From positions 10,163,458-10,227,457 of the forward strand of contig CM119267.1 in the NCBI GenBank assembly GCA_051294375.1: a stretch of 64,000 nt of DNA, given 5' to 3'. Shown piece after piece: positions 39,552-53,508 of the stretch (its first letter is position 1; each line of letters starts with the position of its first letter). The translations under genes and the position numbers were made by a program. Source of the stretch: Paraspadella gotoi (Eukaryota > Animalia > Chaetognatha). The notes beneath the pieces are model-generated. The model had not been told where the DNA came from, made no database searches, and saw only the letters and a list, made by a program, of their open reading frames with translations.

Positions 39552-40605
39552 GCACGTCCTTGTTTATGTAGATTTAAACAGGGATAAGGTTTTAAAAATT
39601 TATTCGTCAGAAGAGTACGTACAAATCTCGATTGTTACGCTTCGAAATCGTGTGCCTTTAAATATACCTATTACTAGCTAAAACTAAAGCTTAAATTGAC
39701 AAGTTTGATAAAATTATATTTATTTTAACTATGACGGATGTTTTTGCGGCAGAACTTCAAATTTGTGGCAGTAAACTGTCACATTATAAGGATTAATCTA
39801 AGTTTCGATTTTATTTCTTTCTTATTTTACTCGTCTGCTGTCTTTTTGAACTAGTGAGTTCGACTTCTTTCTAATATTATATTTAAAGCCTATGAAACTA
39901 AATTTTACTGTTTAATTTTTAGACGACGTTGACTATGTAATTTAGTCTTACACGTTAAATATGAAAATATTAAAATTTAGCGACGAGTAATCAATCGTTT
40001 CCATTAATCCAAAAAATTGGATTAGTAATTCTAAAAACTTAATGAATCGAACGCTTTGTTCTGACCGTGAAAACTCGTGATTTTGTTGTATGTGATATTA
40101 TTAGAATTTTACCTCTTTTATCTCCGCCCAGTTTTTCTCCGTTGCCTTTTACAAACGTTTTCATAACATACCTATATAGGTTACTGATACTAGATTGCTT
40201 GGACAGAGAATAATTTTTTTTACCGATTTATGAACGCAAAAATCTTACTCTTTACCATTTAGTTTATTTCGTTTTTCATAATAATTAATGTCCGTACATC
40301 AAAATTTAGTAGAACTATTGTATTGGTTTTGCTTTCATTGATTATTATGTTCTGTGGCTTTTGTTCTCCACATTGAAAAAGCGAAAAAAGACCAGCCATT
40401 CCATTTTTCGTGCACATATTTTTAAAACTCAACTATTCTCTAATATATTTTTTGTGCGCGAAAATCATTTTTAAAAATTTGTCTGTTCGTTTCATGAGAG
40501 TTCCGAATATTTTATTTTGGCAATACAATAGTATTCATCCAAGAGTTTCATTAGTAATAAATATTTAATGTGTGGATTTTTTTATTTATTTGTTACAGTT
40601 AAAAA

Positions 40606-41313
40606 ATGAATGGAGCAAATAATGTTACCTCGGCTCAATTAGAAAAGGTCGTCAGCAAAGTAACCAAGGTGATTGAAAAACAGGTTGACCAACAGATTGA
40701 AAAGATAGAAAAAGATATCACAAATCTTAATGACGAAGATGAGCTTAAAATATTGCGACAAAGGAGAATTCACGCCATGAAAAAGGCTCAAGAAGAAAAG
40801 GACGATTGGATTGCCAATGGACACGGAAAATACGAAGAAATTCCCAGTGAAAAGCATTTTTTCGACGAATGCAAGAAGGCTAAGAACCTAGTTTGTCACT
40901 TTTATCGTGAGTCAACGTTTCGTTGCAAGATCGTCGACAAGCATTTAGAGTCGTTGGCGGCCAAGCATTTAGAAGCAAAGTTTATCAAGATCGACGCTGA
41001 AAAGAGCCCGTTTTTGACAGAAAAGTTAAAAATTCGTGTTTTACCCACCATTTGCCTGTTGCGCGAGGGCAAAGTGGTCGATTACATAGTTGGTTTTAGT
41101 GATCTTGGCAATAAGGACGACTTTCCGACCGTCGTATTAGAATGGAGAATCGCCACCCAGAATGTAATCAATTATGACGGCGACCTCATGACGCGTCCCG
41201 ACGAGGCCGGCAAAACCTCTGCCGTTAATGCTAAGCGAATGCTGGGAAACTCAGTCAAATTGAAGACCATCAGGGGCAAAGTGGGAGATGATTCTTCCGA
41301 CGATGATGTGTAG
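40606..41313 (+). CDS. TXNDC9: Thioredoxin domain-containing protein 9 (phosducin-like protein 3), single coding exon
   Basis: 235-aa ORF with GHGKYEEI, VCHFYRESTFRCKIVDKHL, FIKIDAEKSPFLTEKLKIRVLPT, IVGFSDLGNKDDF and an acidic end DDSSDDD. A splice acceptor lies just upstream of the ATG. Confidence 0.95.
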   Translation: MNGANNVTSAQLEKVVSKVTKVIEKQVDQQIEKIEKDITNLNDEDELKILRQRRIHAMKKAQEEKDDWIANGHGKYEEIPSEKHFFDECKKAKNLVCHFYRESTFRCKIVDKHLESLAAKHLEAKFIKIDAEKSPFLTEKLKIRVLPTICLLREGKVVDYIVGFSDLGNKDDFPTVVLEWRIATQNVINYDGDLMTRPDEAGKTSAVNAKRMLGNSVKLKTIRGKVGDDSSDDDV

Positions 41314-42224
41314 AATGTAGATACTGGATATGTAGCTCTCTAGTGTGATCGATTGATCATGTGCAAGTTTTATTTTATTTTTCGATATTATTTTTCGAAA
41401 TCTGTATCCAAGCTTAAAAATTCGACAGTGGGCTAGAAAACTATTATTTGCCAGACTATCTTTTGTAAAATTTGTTAAATTTTTTCCCCTTATTACTCCA
41501 GAGGTCTCTCGAACATGAACTTGTATGCTTTCCACCGAATCCTAACCATCATCGACTTCGTGGCTGACTTTAAAAACGTTTAAAACCTTCCAAAGATGAT
41601 TTCGATTTCTTTTTGGGAAATGTTGGTTGCAAAAATATTACGATGAGCTCTTGTCATATTTTGTTTAACAAATGCATTTTTTCATATCTCTAATTCGACG
41701 GATTTTTCTTTTCGAGAGAAACTAAACAGAAGATCAAAAGTGATGCACGTGAGCTTGTTTTCTGGAACGCTTATTTAGTGCAATTCCGGTACATTTTAGG
41801 GAAAATGATCACCTTCGATTTTTACTCACCCCATTGTTTTCATCGATTTACCCTTGAATTTAATCTATTTTCCTCGATGGTCGTCTCGACCGTTAAGCGG
41901 GCCGAAGAACGTGGCTTTATTGCGCATTTACGCATAGAGTTCTAGTTGTCCTTAATTTGATACTGATTGTTACAAATTTGAAAGCTTAAATTATGCGTAT
42001 GATTTTAATTATTTTTTTAAAGATTTCTTCAGCCTGACTGCCCAACGCAGAAGATGGAGTGAAGACTCATCCATAATCATTTCATCAGCTCTTAAGTAAT
42101 TATCTTTAATCAACGGCCGTTTTACTCATGAATTGATTAATCACCAATTAAGGTAAATGCCCTTTTCTACAAAATTAAACCCGTTCTTAAAAATAGTAAT
42201 TCTCTATTCTTCAGAATCAACAAC

Positions 42225-45200
42225 ATGGAACACCACATGTCGTCGCAACCCAACTCTGAGGACGAGAGTGCAGAGAGCGAACCTGGCGGTCACGGTCCAA
42301 ACTCGGACGTGGAGGAAGAGACGGAAAACTCTTCCTCTGGAGATTCGTCGGGTGCGTTGTGGTTTTGCCGGATTAATTCGTCCTCGTGTTGTAATCGAGG
42401 AGTTTTCGAGCATCACGGTCGCTCATTTCTCGGTTTATCTGGTTTAGGATCTCGAGAACCCGTAGCTTCGTCCAGAAGTGAATACCTGTCCGATGGAAAT
42501 TCGACTTCTGACAAACCCTCAACCACCGGAGCGGATCCTCACTCGCCTTTTACAAAGCCCCTAACACCAATCCTCTCTTCCGGAAATAAGGAGCGGCGCC
42601 AAGGAAACATTACGAGCGTTTCCATCTTGGAAAACGTGACCTCCCCTTTTAAAAAACTCACTATAGATGTGGCCAGCAAAGAGGCACCCCGGTAGGAATC
42701 TTTATTCGCCCTCAGTTTCGGATAGATTTTTCTCCAGGGTTTACGTAGTTGGTTAAAGATACGTAGAGGTTTAGTTCGCTTCAAGTTAAATCTCCTTATT
42801 TTTCAGTGTCACGTTTCAAACGCCACTAGGCTCAACAAAGAGCAAAAAAATAGGGTACTTTTGATTTTTTTTTAAAGTTCACATCCTGTGTAATAAATTC
42901 GGCTCAGTGATTGGTTAAATCAAGTCTTCGGAATATCGCGTCAATCTCACTACCTTGTCAAGGAAGTTTTCCATGACATCGTAATTATTGTTCTTCGTGT
43001 TTTAACAGGCGTCGAACTGTGTCCGAAGGCGACGGAATACTTGGCCTTACTCCTAACCGCAAACCGTCACTGCTGACTCCCGACGCTCCGGAATTTATCC
43101 CGCGTTGGATGCAAGGATGCTCCGGTGACGCTCCGATGACGGCTCCGGTCTACGATGCCCCGCCGAAGATGAACGCGCGGAGCAGATCTATGGTCGGGGC
43201 CTTTCCGCAGCCGCCTCCTTATCACGTGATTCCGCCGCATTCTAACCAGTTGCCAGGTTAGCATGGAACATGCGTAAATCGTTATCGCGGGGAAGCTTTT
43301 CGTGATGTTCGACTTATGCATTTCCGTCCTCAGGTTACGGGCGTCCACCTCCGGGCCCTTTCTCCGGAGGCCTTCGAATGCACCCGTTCAATTTTCCCCC
43401 GCGGCACCCGCACGACCGCAGAATATCTGCACCCGCGATGCCTTACATGAACCACAGATATCCAGGTCGGCAGTTTAGATCCCCTCCACCTTCGAGGATC
43501 TTCTATTCTCCTCCTCCCAGGATTTTTAGTTCTCCTCCTCCAAGACTTTTTAATTCATCTCCCAGGGGTAAATAAAACTAAGATATGTCCATTAAACTTG
43601 CGTTGCTTAATAAAACAGCTATTTAATTTCTGCATTAATATGATATATATGTTATTTATGTGCAGTGTAGTTTTTAACTATTTTTAACATAATAATGTAA
43701 TAAGAAAACTAAATATTTTTAAGTCGTTATTTGGTTTTGATAAAAAAATAAACTTAATAAAATTTAATTAATTAATTTAAGATTTTATATAAACTATTCA
43801 CAAATTGTATTTTGTTGATGTGCTGTTTACCCCTGTGGAAGCAATTATCATTTTCGCGAAAATAACTTCCGCTTCAATATTTTGGAAAGAGGATGAATAC
43901 ATTATTAAATAATCTAACCATGAAGGAGTTCACGGCGGAATTGTGACTGATCTATTTTTCCAGGTGCCGTACCGTTGTACCATGCCGTTGAGCCACTCAC
44001 TCCAGTTACGGATTCTTATGGACAAGTTACTAATTCCCGAACCCGTCACTCCTCAGGTAAAGCGTTGATTATTCGCCTACAATTTCTGAGTAAAACTAAA
44101 ATTACGTATGAATCATGTCCCAAAAAAGGTGGGGATATTCCTAACCTTGGAAAAGGACCATCCCCGATTCCCATTCCTTCGGGAACGAAACGCATAAGAC
44201 AAGAGAGCCTCACGGATTACCTTCCCATGGAGCCGCCTATGTTTTACACCCCCGGCCTACCGAGGCAAACCGCCTTCGGAGCATACTACAACGGTCGTCA
44301 AAAGCTTAGGAGGTTAGGCTATTAGTATCAATTTTACATTTTTCGTCTACGGCGATTGTATTTATTTTCGAAATGTTAGCAGCACTTCGACGCCACCAAA
44401 CCACGCCATTGGGTCACCGACCTCAAGCGGCCCCCTCTCGCCACATAACGGGAAGCCTGTGCTCCAATACTCGAGGGAATTTCTCCTGCAGCAGCGCTAT
44501 TCCCCTCTCTCATGGACAACTCCAGCCTTTGTTCCGCCGTCGGAGGGAGGCATTGCAAGGTGGGAGGTTTACAATTTGCCAATCTTGTTAACTAGTATAG
44601 CGTGTTCCCTCTTCTCGTAATAAGTATTTTCTTACTTAATACTTTCATTGTATATTTCATTGTGCCCAACTGCCCATTATTCGTAAAATATTTTTGGTTT
44701 TAACTTGGGGGGGTTATATTTTTCTGCCTTTAGACGAACCTCTTCGACGACAGACCCTCGAGAGCCAAACGCCGACAAGGGTGGCGCTCTTCCAGAGCTT
44801 GCGTGCATAAAGCGTCGGGACGAGTTGTCTTACGATTATTCGGTAGGACCACGACGATGGGAGGGCACCTCTTACGGCAAGAAAAGAAATCTCGATGAGC
44901 AAGCCAAGGGAAAGGGTTCCCCGAAAGCCTTCAGGTTATCCTGATATCATACTTTTCTAATAACCTGAATTATAAAATTGGTACACCAAATGATTAACTT
45001 TATTATTAACTGCATCTTTTCTTTTGCATACTGATTCGGCTGAGTCATGACGCTGTTCTTGATCCTTTCAGGTTTACTTTTGTCTCTTATAACATACTTG
45101 CGCAAAGTGGCTTGGAAGAGAACAAGCATTTGTACGACTGGAGTGCCCCCGAAGTATTAGAATGGGACCATAGGAAGCATAATTTACTCAAAGAGATTAT

Positions 45201-48200
45201 GCATTTCAAAGCTGATATAATTTGTCTTCAGGTAAAGACGACTATGGGTTTGTATTTCTGCCTATTGACATCTAAAACCAAATATTATGAACGCAACAAC
45301 TTTTATATTAACAATCCTAATTTATCTTCTGCAGGAAGTTCAAAATAAGCATTACGAAGAATTCTTTAAACCAAACATGGAGTTGCAAGGCTTCAAAAGC
45401 GTTTACAAGCAAAGAACTGGAGACGAGAAGACAGACGGTTGTGCTATTTTTTACAACGTAGAGAAATTCGAGCTCAAAAAAACACTTCCGGTGGATTATA
45501 ATCGCGGTGTCGACATTCTCGATAGGGACAACGTTGCCCTTATGGTCATGCTCCAACCGAAAAAGGTCGTTGAAATGTTTTTTATAAAATTGGTACAGCC
45601 AATATTATATGTACATAGTATATATATATTATATATACTATATACATGTGTTGTTTTTTATATACATATGTAAATTATTTTCAGGATTGGACTGGTGGTC
45701 AGGATATGCGCCTCTGTATTGCCACAACTCACCTCCTGTTCAACCCGAAACGGGGCGACATCAAATTGGCTCAGCTCGCGATATTTCTGGCCGAACTGGA
45801 CCGATTTACGCGGAAGGGAATCGAACAGGGCACAGGAATGCCCCTTTATCATCCAAGGTTTGTCCAAGGCTACCCTTTTTTATGTCATTTAATTGTGAGA
45901 CGTGTCTTCTTTTACGCCAACAGTATTGTTTGTGGCGATTTCAACGCCGTTCCCTATTCCGAAATTTATCGCCTGGTTCACCGTGGTCGCCTCAAATACG
46001 AAAACCTTGTAGCCAAGGATATTTCTGGACAGCAAGATGACGACGGTCATGGGCTTATGCGCTTTGTCGCTAAGCCCTTATTACCAAAATCCATTGGTGA
46101 GTCAACGAACAATAGCTGTCTTTAATATTTACGTTTTCCTTTTACTCCTTTACTATAGGCTCAGTTCTAAATTTTCATTATTGAATCTCTTCTGTCTTCT
46201 TTACGTTCAGGTATAACAGAGCAGTGTCAATACGCAGACATTGCTACTCGCTACGTAAGAACGAGAAGCGATACATCTATGACACTCAACTCGATAAGGT
46301 CAGTTTACTTCGTAATTCTGCTCTTCAGTTTCAATATTAGACGAATTACTTTTATTTGTTTGTGTTATTTCGCTTTTCAGTCGACTGAGCACAAGGTATT
46401 GCATCTTTTTATTAATCATAAAAAGTCTGCTGTCCTAACCTGAATTATGGCGGTGAAACATTTTAACGCCAATCCATCATGATACTTCTTTCGGTCCGAT
46501 CAATGTCCAGTTGTCGGTGACAACTTACGAAATCCAGCTTAATATATATTAATAATAATATCAAATAGTAATTAATGGAAACAAATTTAAATGATTTGTG
46601 GTTGGAATTAACATTGATTTGTAATTTAATGCTTTTTCTCTAAATAGTTCCAGCTTGTGATGATAAATTTGCTTTAACAGCTTTACTTGATTTAAATCTA
46701 AGATGTCTTGGCGAATCCTTAATGGTCTATTTGATTTTTTTATCATTAAGACTATAGCGATATATAACTCATAGGAGTTTAGTAACGAATTTTTTATTAA
46801 TCTTTTGATTTTTTTATAGCAATTATAACAAAAAACCAAACCAGGGCATTCACGCCAGTCTTCAGATTTCTTTACGTAAATGTTTTGAACTTGTAAAATG
46901 TTAATACTGTACTGCTTGAGTAAGATTGTTGACTTTACATTCATATAAACTTTACGATTGATCCTCATCAGAAACTGGGCTACCCCCTCCATTTAGTCTT
47001 GAGGAAAAAAATTACCTTAGCAGTAATCAACTGCAATAAGGACTAATAGATTACCCCTCTTTCAGCTTTAAAACGTTTTAAAATCATTGCAGATACAAAA
47101 TACAAATGATTAAATAAGAATGGCGTACGCATACGTTTAGCAGAAATAAGGGTCTAACTTAACCTTGCGTTTGTTTGTTTCAAAGCGACGCCGAGGACCT
47201 GATGGCCCATGCAGCCCGAGCCGCTGCTGAGGCGTCGCGTAAACCCTCTAGCGCCACTCCAAACGTGTCCCCGAACGGCAATGCCGGAACAGCGAGTGAA
47301 GGCGTCGAAGTCTTCGAAGATTCCGTACGAAGTGAGGAATCCGTCGAAGAGGCTCACGAAAAAGTGGATAACTGTGTCTTAAACTCGCCAATCGAAGATA
47401 AATCTTCCGATATAAAAGAGCGGGTAAGGAGGTCGAACTCGAATTGACGCAACTTCGTGGCCGAAATGTAGTCATTTATTTCCAAATACAGTCTTTTTTA
47501 AACTATGGGAGTTCAGTTCGGATAATAAAATTTTATAATTTATTTGTATTTGTATACATGGTGACACTTTTACAAGCGCCAGTAAAAAAACTCATTTGCT
47601 GCAAACCCATGAAGATTTTTTTTCAATATTAAATATGAATTTAAAAGTAAAAACCCAAACTATTTATATATGCAAATTTTATCAGAAATGTCTTTGATAT
47701 GCTTCAGCAATGATAGCAGGATTAGGGATTTAAAAATCGTCTCTAATTTTTAAACTTTTTTTTTTATTTGATTTTTTTCTCTTACATTTTCAGTATGTTT
47801 TCTGAAGAAATTTGAAATAAAATATTAGTATTATTATCTTCTGAAAGCTCTTTCAAATCTAAAGAGAATGACGTGCTTACGAATACTGTAGTATAAAATT
47901 TAACCGGCCCAGCTTTAATTTAATTGGGATACTCAAAAACGAGACATCTTTCCAAAAATCAATGGCTGGAGGGTAAATTTAAGATTTTTATCAAATTGTG
48001 ATTGGTTATCTTAAATCTTTTTTTCTCATTTTAAAAACCAACTTTCTCCACTCATTGTAAAGGCATGAAGAGACAGTAATTATTGTTATGTGTTAAGTGA
48101 CAGAACCGTTCAATATAAGCAGTCCCTGAGCTTCGGATCAGGCTGTAACACCTTGTTACAGGCGGGTTAAGCGCCCCGTCCCTCTTAACTGCCAGACGAC

Positions 48201-50130
48201 CACCGGGCTAGAACCCCGGACCTTTGGGTTGGGAGGCGAATGACTTGCCTCCGGCACCAATGGCCGCTGATGAACGGTTGGTGGATTTTAGTCCACCATA
48301 GGCATATCTTAACTGATCAATATAAAATTTGAACACATAATTGATTTTAATATTTTTTACTCAACTAATTTTTAAAATCAATGAAATAACCACTGGTTTG
48401 CAAATGACAGCAGTTTTTTTACCGGCTCTTATAAAATTGTCACCATATATACTGTGGATAACGATCAATTCGCCGAACAACATCTTTCTCGTAACAATGT
48501 AGAATTAATAACAAAATGTTTAAATTCTAAGTCTCCGTAAAAGGTCAAATAACACGTTACGAGGTCACGTGTCAACAAGTCGATAACAATAGAATAATAG
48601 TTTAACTGGGGAGAGAGAGAAAGAGTTTGTTCGGAAATTGATCGTTGTATCTTATTGGTAAGCTGATTACAATAAAAATTGATTTTAGTCGGACGCCAAC
48701 GATAACCTGGCTTTGGAGTCTGATGGTTTGGGAGACCTTCCCGCTTCGCCGACGTCGCCGACCGTCTCAACATCTCCCACTTCGGTGGTGACCAAAGAGC
48801 GATCTCGGCACGAATCATCGTCCTCAGTCAGCAGCGGCCTCGGTGCACCTCAATTGCCCCTACCTCTCGGCGAACTCAATCATGCTTTTAGGTATGAAAT
48901 TGGTACAACCAATATAAAAATTATCCATTTATTTAATAAATAAGCTATCTTGCCCCTGACTTTGGACAGGCTTTGGTGGTTTAAGGCCTCCATCACTCTT
49001 ACAAGATAATGACATAGTAGGTCCCTGCAAGCTCTCTCTCACAGTCTCGTTTATTCACTCCCTGGCTTCCCTATCAATGAAGTGGTATAATATTCAAAGA
49101 ATGTTTCATTTGTATGAAAAGACCACTCCCTTAAGTATTAGATCGGGGAATACTTATTGTACTCCGCACTAGCATCAAAATACAAGGAGCTGAATTTTAT
49201 GAAATTGGTACAACCAATATAATATATATTTATATATATATTTTATATATATATATATATTTGATACGAATTCCCGTCGCCATATACGAAGAGGAATAGG
49301 TATAATTATGCTTTAGAATGTTACGTTATAATATTTTATTATTTGTGATGCACGTTCGTACATTTTTTTTTTCAATGCTTTCTTTATAATTTCCAAAAAG
49401 GTTTATTCGATTTAATTTAGTTAATAGTTATCCTATCATATACTTTGTCAACCTTTGATCTTTCATGCTCAATTTCTTGTTAGGCTACTTTCTGTTTATA
49501 AACATGTGGAGGAGAGACGAGGCCGGAATTTAAAAGAAGTGACTACGCACCACGGAAGGGGACAATCGACCGTAGACTATATATTTTTCACAGTCAAAGT
49601 AAGTTTTTTCTATTAAACCAGTATGTGCCTCAAATAATTATTTCTTTACCTTCCCCTTTGAAGGCGATGAAAACCGAGTGCAAAAAAGGGAGGATTATTC
49701 CAAAAAACATACATGAAGGTCCATTAAAACTGATGGGGCGATACCGTCTTTTGAATGAAGAAGACAGTGAAAATATGGGATGGTTACCTAATACTGGTAA
49801 GATTAATTTTGTTATTTCTTAGCTATATCAAACACATACAGATTTTTGAATATCCAATAATCAATAGCATTAATTTGTAATTTGTATTTTTTTTTCATTT
49901 TCTTTGAAATAATTGGGCTAATATGAATTATATAATTTATCCATTTAGTTTTAGGATTGATCATCTTATTTAAAAAACAATGTTACTGATTAATTAGTTA
50001 ATATAAATTTTTCTTAACTTTAGCCATTGTTTAGGCATGGAAAAGGCTAATACGATTTTTAAAAAATATTTCAGTGTATTCCTCGGATCACTTCGCTCTT
50101 GCCGCCAAATTTCTCTTGGACCCTAACTGA
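42225..50130 (+). CDS. angel: Angel-family (CCR4-like EEP) protein, multi-exon. N-terminal exon structure approximate; catalytic exons about 45072-45231, 45335-45565, 45685-45857, 45924-46096, 46211-46298, 49483-49598, 49664-49795, 50075-50130
   Basis: EEP motifs SYNILAQ, LEWDHRKHNLLKEI, DIICLQEV, TTHLLFNPKRGDIKLAQL (Angel-typical), CGDFNA, TVDYIF and SDHFALAAKF. Confidence 0.85.
48066..48301 (-). mobile_element. tRNA-Gly-derived SINE-like element (family A) in an Angel intron
   Basis: Near-identical to 39092-39326, including the terminal hairpin TGGTGGATTTTAGTCCACCA. Confidence 0.82.
48893..49222 (+). mobile_element. ~305-bp element bounded by direct repeats TATGAAATTGGTACAACCAATATAA
   Basis: Identical 25-bp direct repeat at 48893 and 49198. 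The body is homologous to 55611-55953. Confidence 0.75.
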
Positions 50131-52523
50131 GAACTGAGAATGACTCGCTTTCGGTTCGACAGGAAGTTTACCATTGTTGGGTAAACGAATTTAACGGAGG
50201 TTCTTGACGTCTTGATAATTGATTGTAAAGTTTAAAGGAAAATTTATTTTCTTATTTTCTCTGTTCCTCTCCTGCCTCCAAGAGGCATCCTCTTAATCCT
50301 CCTTTCATCGGAACACATCTCGAAATCATAGACGTACTCTGTCCCAGTTTTTGTTTTTTGCACAAGCCGGATGGAAGCAGAAAGAAATATGAAATTTACA
50401 TTCATATTCCCTTGTCAATTTTTTCCCAGCCGTAGGGTTTTTTTTTTTTTTTTTTAAGAAATAACTACCCGAATAAAAGTACATAGTTTTTGTTTTCGTC
50501 ATGTGCCAAATACTTACAGCGAGACGTGTTGAAATGAATTATTAAAAAACCAAACAAAAAACATTAAAAAATATAAAATCCTGTGATAAAAAAATTCTTG
50601 AGCTTTAAAGCTTCACATTTTCATTAGTTGTAGTTTGATCTTACTGTTAAACCTGCCATTAAAAATAATTTTCATTCGTGTTCTTTGATTGAAATCCTTG
50701 CCTAGTCGTTCAATAATTATTGGTCACTATCATGACCGGTTAAAATATATTTTAATTTAGAGAAGCTAAGATTTCAATTAAAGTTGGACCTCAAACATGC
50801 GTTCATTTTGTTAAAATTTTGATTGTTACTAGATTCAAGAAAAGAGAATATTGATCGTCATGACGAGTGCAAATAGATTCGTTAGTCTTCCAATTTTGCA
50901 CATCTTCTCTTGCTTCTTGATTTACCAATTGTTCCTGGTCGTTATTGTTTTTGGTAATAATTTTTTAAAATTTTTTTTCTCAATTTTTTATCCTTATTTT
51001 ACATTTGAGATTTTGGTTTTAAGGTGGATGAAATAAAATCAAACGGCTCAGAAAAAAAAAACCCGTAATCATCTCTAAAATTTTTATAATCTAGTCTATG
51101 CTTAATACAGCTTTTTTTTCATGGTATTAATTGTTTTTGTTTTAAATCAGGTTTCAGGAAAAAAAAATCATTTTTAGCCAATCTTATTCTTTGTACAAAC
51201 TGATGGTTTGTAAATATTGTGCCTAAGATGATTTTGGATACGGTTTGTAATTTGCAATAGAACTGAGAGAATTATTGATGACAAGAAATGCTTTACGAGA
51301 AATTTTTTCAGTCAAGTTAACTTATTATTAAGCTAGTTTGTAAGTAGTTATGACCCGACGTATATCGAATTTTTTTCGTTATTACCTTTCTTCATCTTGG
51401 AATTGAATGGAGTACTTACCAGGATCAGGCAGTGTCATAACATAGCAAAGATGGAATGTTCTTTAATTGATTGTTATTAAATCAATATTAGTCGGGGTTT
51501 ACTTAGGTTTTGAAACGATCCTCTACATGTGATAAAGAAAAATAACTTTTTGTAGAATATATACGTATGTATACCACTTGTTAGTTTGCGATCAGGGCTT
51601 TATCGATTGTTTGAAATTTTCGATTTATCAAATTAAAGAGACCGAGGGAGATATCACTTTAAATGAGTCATGGACACACCCACTTTTCCCGATGGTTCTA
51701 GATAGTATTCTTTTAAATAATTTCTGTGTATTTCGGAATTGTCAGATCTTTTTATGCAACGGTAGGCACTAGGCTGCTACATCCGGTAATTGTCACGCCA
51801 CCCATCTACAAGACCCATTATGACTGGAGCTTAGAACCTCCCCTGAATAGAAAACGTGGAAGGGCTGATTCGTAATAGAGCCTATATTAGGCTCTGTCGT
51901 GAAGTTAATCACTATTATGCGTAGACACTATCTGCATGTAATGTATTAGTAGTACGTAATGATCGAATTCTTTTGAATCAGTACAGAATACCCCCATTGT
52001 TGCTCCTATTTTTGGCATTATTTTCGCTGGTCAATTTTTTCTTCCTGGTTCTATCAAAAATCAAGCATGCTCGAGATAATGTTCTAGTTCTGTTTCTCAA
52101 TGACGCTTTTTCTTACGGAATATTATAAGTGTATGTAATTGCATGAAGCGGAAAATTTAGATATTTCTCAGCAAGGCTTTTGATTTTTCTGTTGGTACAT
52201 AGCTGGGACATCAACGCGTCAAAAATGATTAGCAATCCATCAATTAATCGTTAGCATCACATCAATCATTATCAGTAAATCTGTATCTTATCAATAAAAT
52301 TATAAATCGTAACAATAAATATTTATCATCGCATCAATAAATCATTATCGCTTGAATAAATTTTTATTATTGAGAAATTGTTATCTTTACGTATATTATT
52401 AATTATATTCATTACTGAATATTAAAAAATTATCATTGATTGATTGATAACCATTGACTGTATTAAGCGAATTGTCGATATTGAATAAATAATTTTGAAT
52501 TAACGATCTTGGATATACATTAA

Positions 52524-53110
52524 AGCGTAGCAAAAATATTAAAATCAAGTTAAATCAAAATTGGAATTCGATCATGAACATTTTTAAATAAAAAAAAAAT
52601 TATTTTTCAATTTTTGCATACCCCTATATTTATACATAGTATTCAGTGAATACTATTCACCATAGAAAATGTTACAATTTTAAAATGGATTTTTCTTTTT
52701 TTTGAAAGCAGATTCGAATTCCTCACGAAAAGTTGATATAAGGAAATATAACTCTTTTTAAAAAAATATTTCATTAAGAGGGACAAAATCTTAAAAAACT
52801 ATATTTATAGTTAACTTAGAATTTTATTTTAGTATAAAAATATATATTTTTTTAATTTTTAGCTAACTTAAAGTGATTAGGACTTATATTTTCTTTTAAC
52901 AACTTTTATGAGAAATTCGAATCTGCTTTTAAAACTAAAAAAAAAATATTTCAAAAAATTTTGACATTTTCTATAGTAAGTACTATGTATAAATATGGGC
53001 GTATACGAAAATTTAGAAATTAAAAAAAAAATTTTATATATCAATGTTTTTTAGTACAAGACTGTTCATGAACAACTATTCGAATTTTGATCTGCAACTT
53101 TCACTACGCC
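52524..53110. mobile_element. Palindromic MITE flanked by TTAA (Kolobok-like termini)
   Basis: TTAA|AGCGTAG ... CTACGCC|TTAA. Long internal inverted blocks include ATATTTATACATAGTA/TACTATGTATAAATAT and AGCAGATTCGAATT/AATTCGAATCTGCT. Confidence 0.7.
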
Positions 53111-53508
53111 TTAATATACATCTTTTATCGACGAGTTATTTTTTTTTAATTCATTCTTGCAAGGTCGCTTTACTTTGATTTTTTTAATCGCTTTTTATAT
53201 ATTCTGTTTTCTAAAACAAAAGATATTCAGAAAGAATTCTGTTTTGTATTGGAGTTAAAATTATAGTTTTTAGAAAAAATCTATATTGAAGTAATCCTTT
53301 CTTTTTCGTTGTTACTATTAAATCTAGAAAAGGTTTATATAAGCAGATTCTGAAAATAAAGCTTTTGCTGGGAGATAGTTACACTTGGTAATTTGAGTTA
53401 TTTCATAATATATATTATATAATACAAAATAATGGTTTGGATTACTAAAACATCTATTAATAAAAATCTAGTTTAATTTCATCGCAGAAAAATTTTTAAC
53501 TTTTGAAA

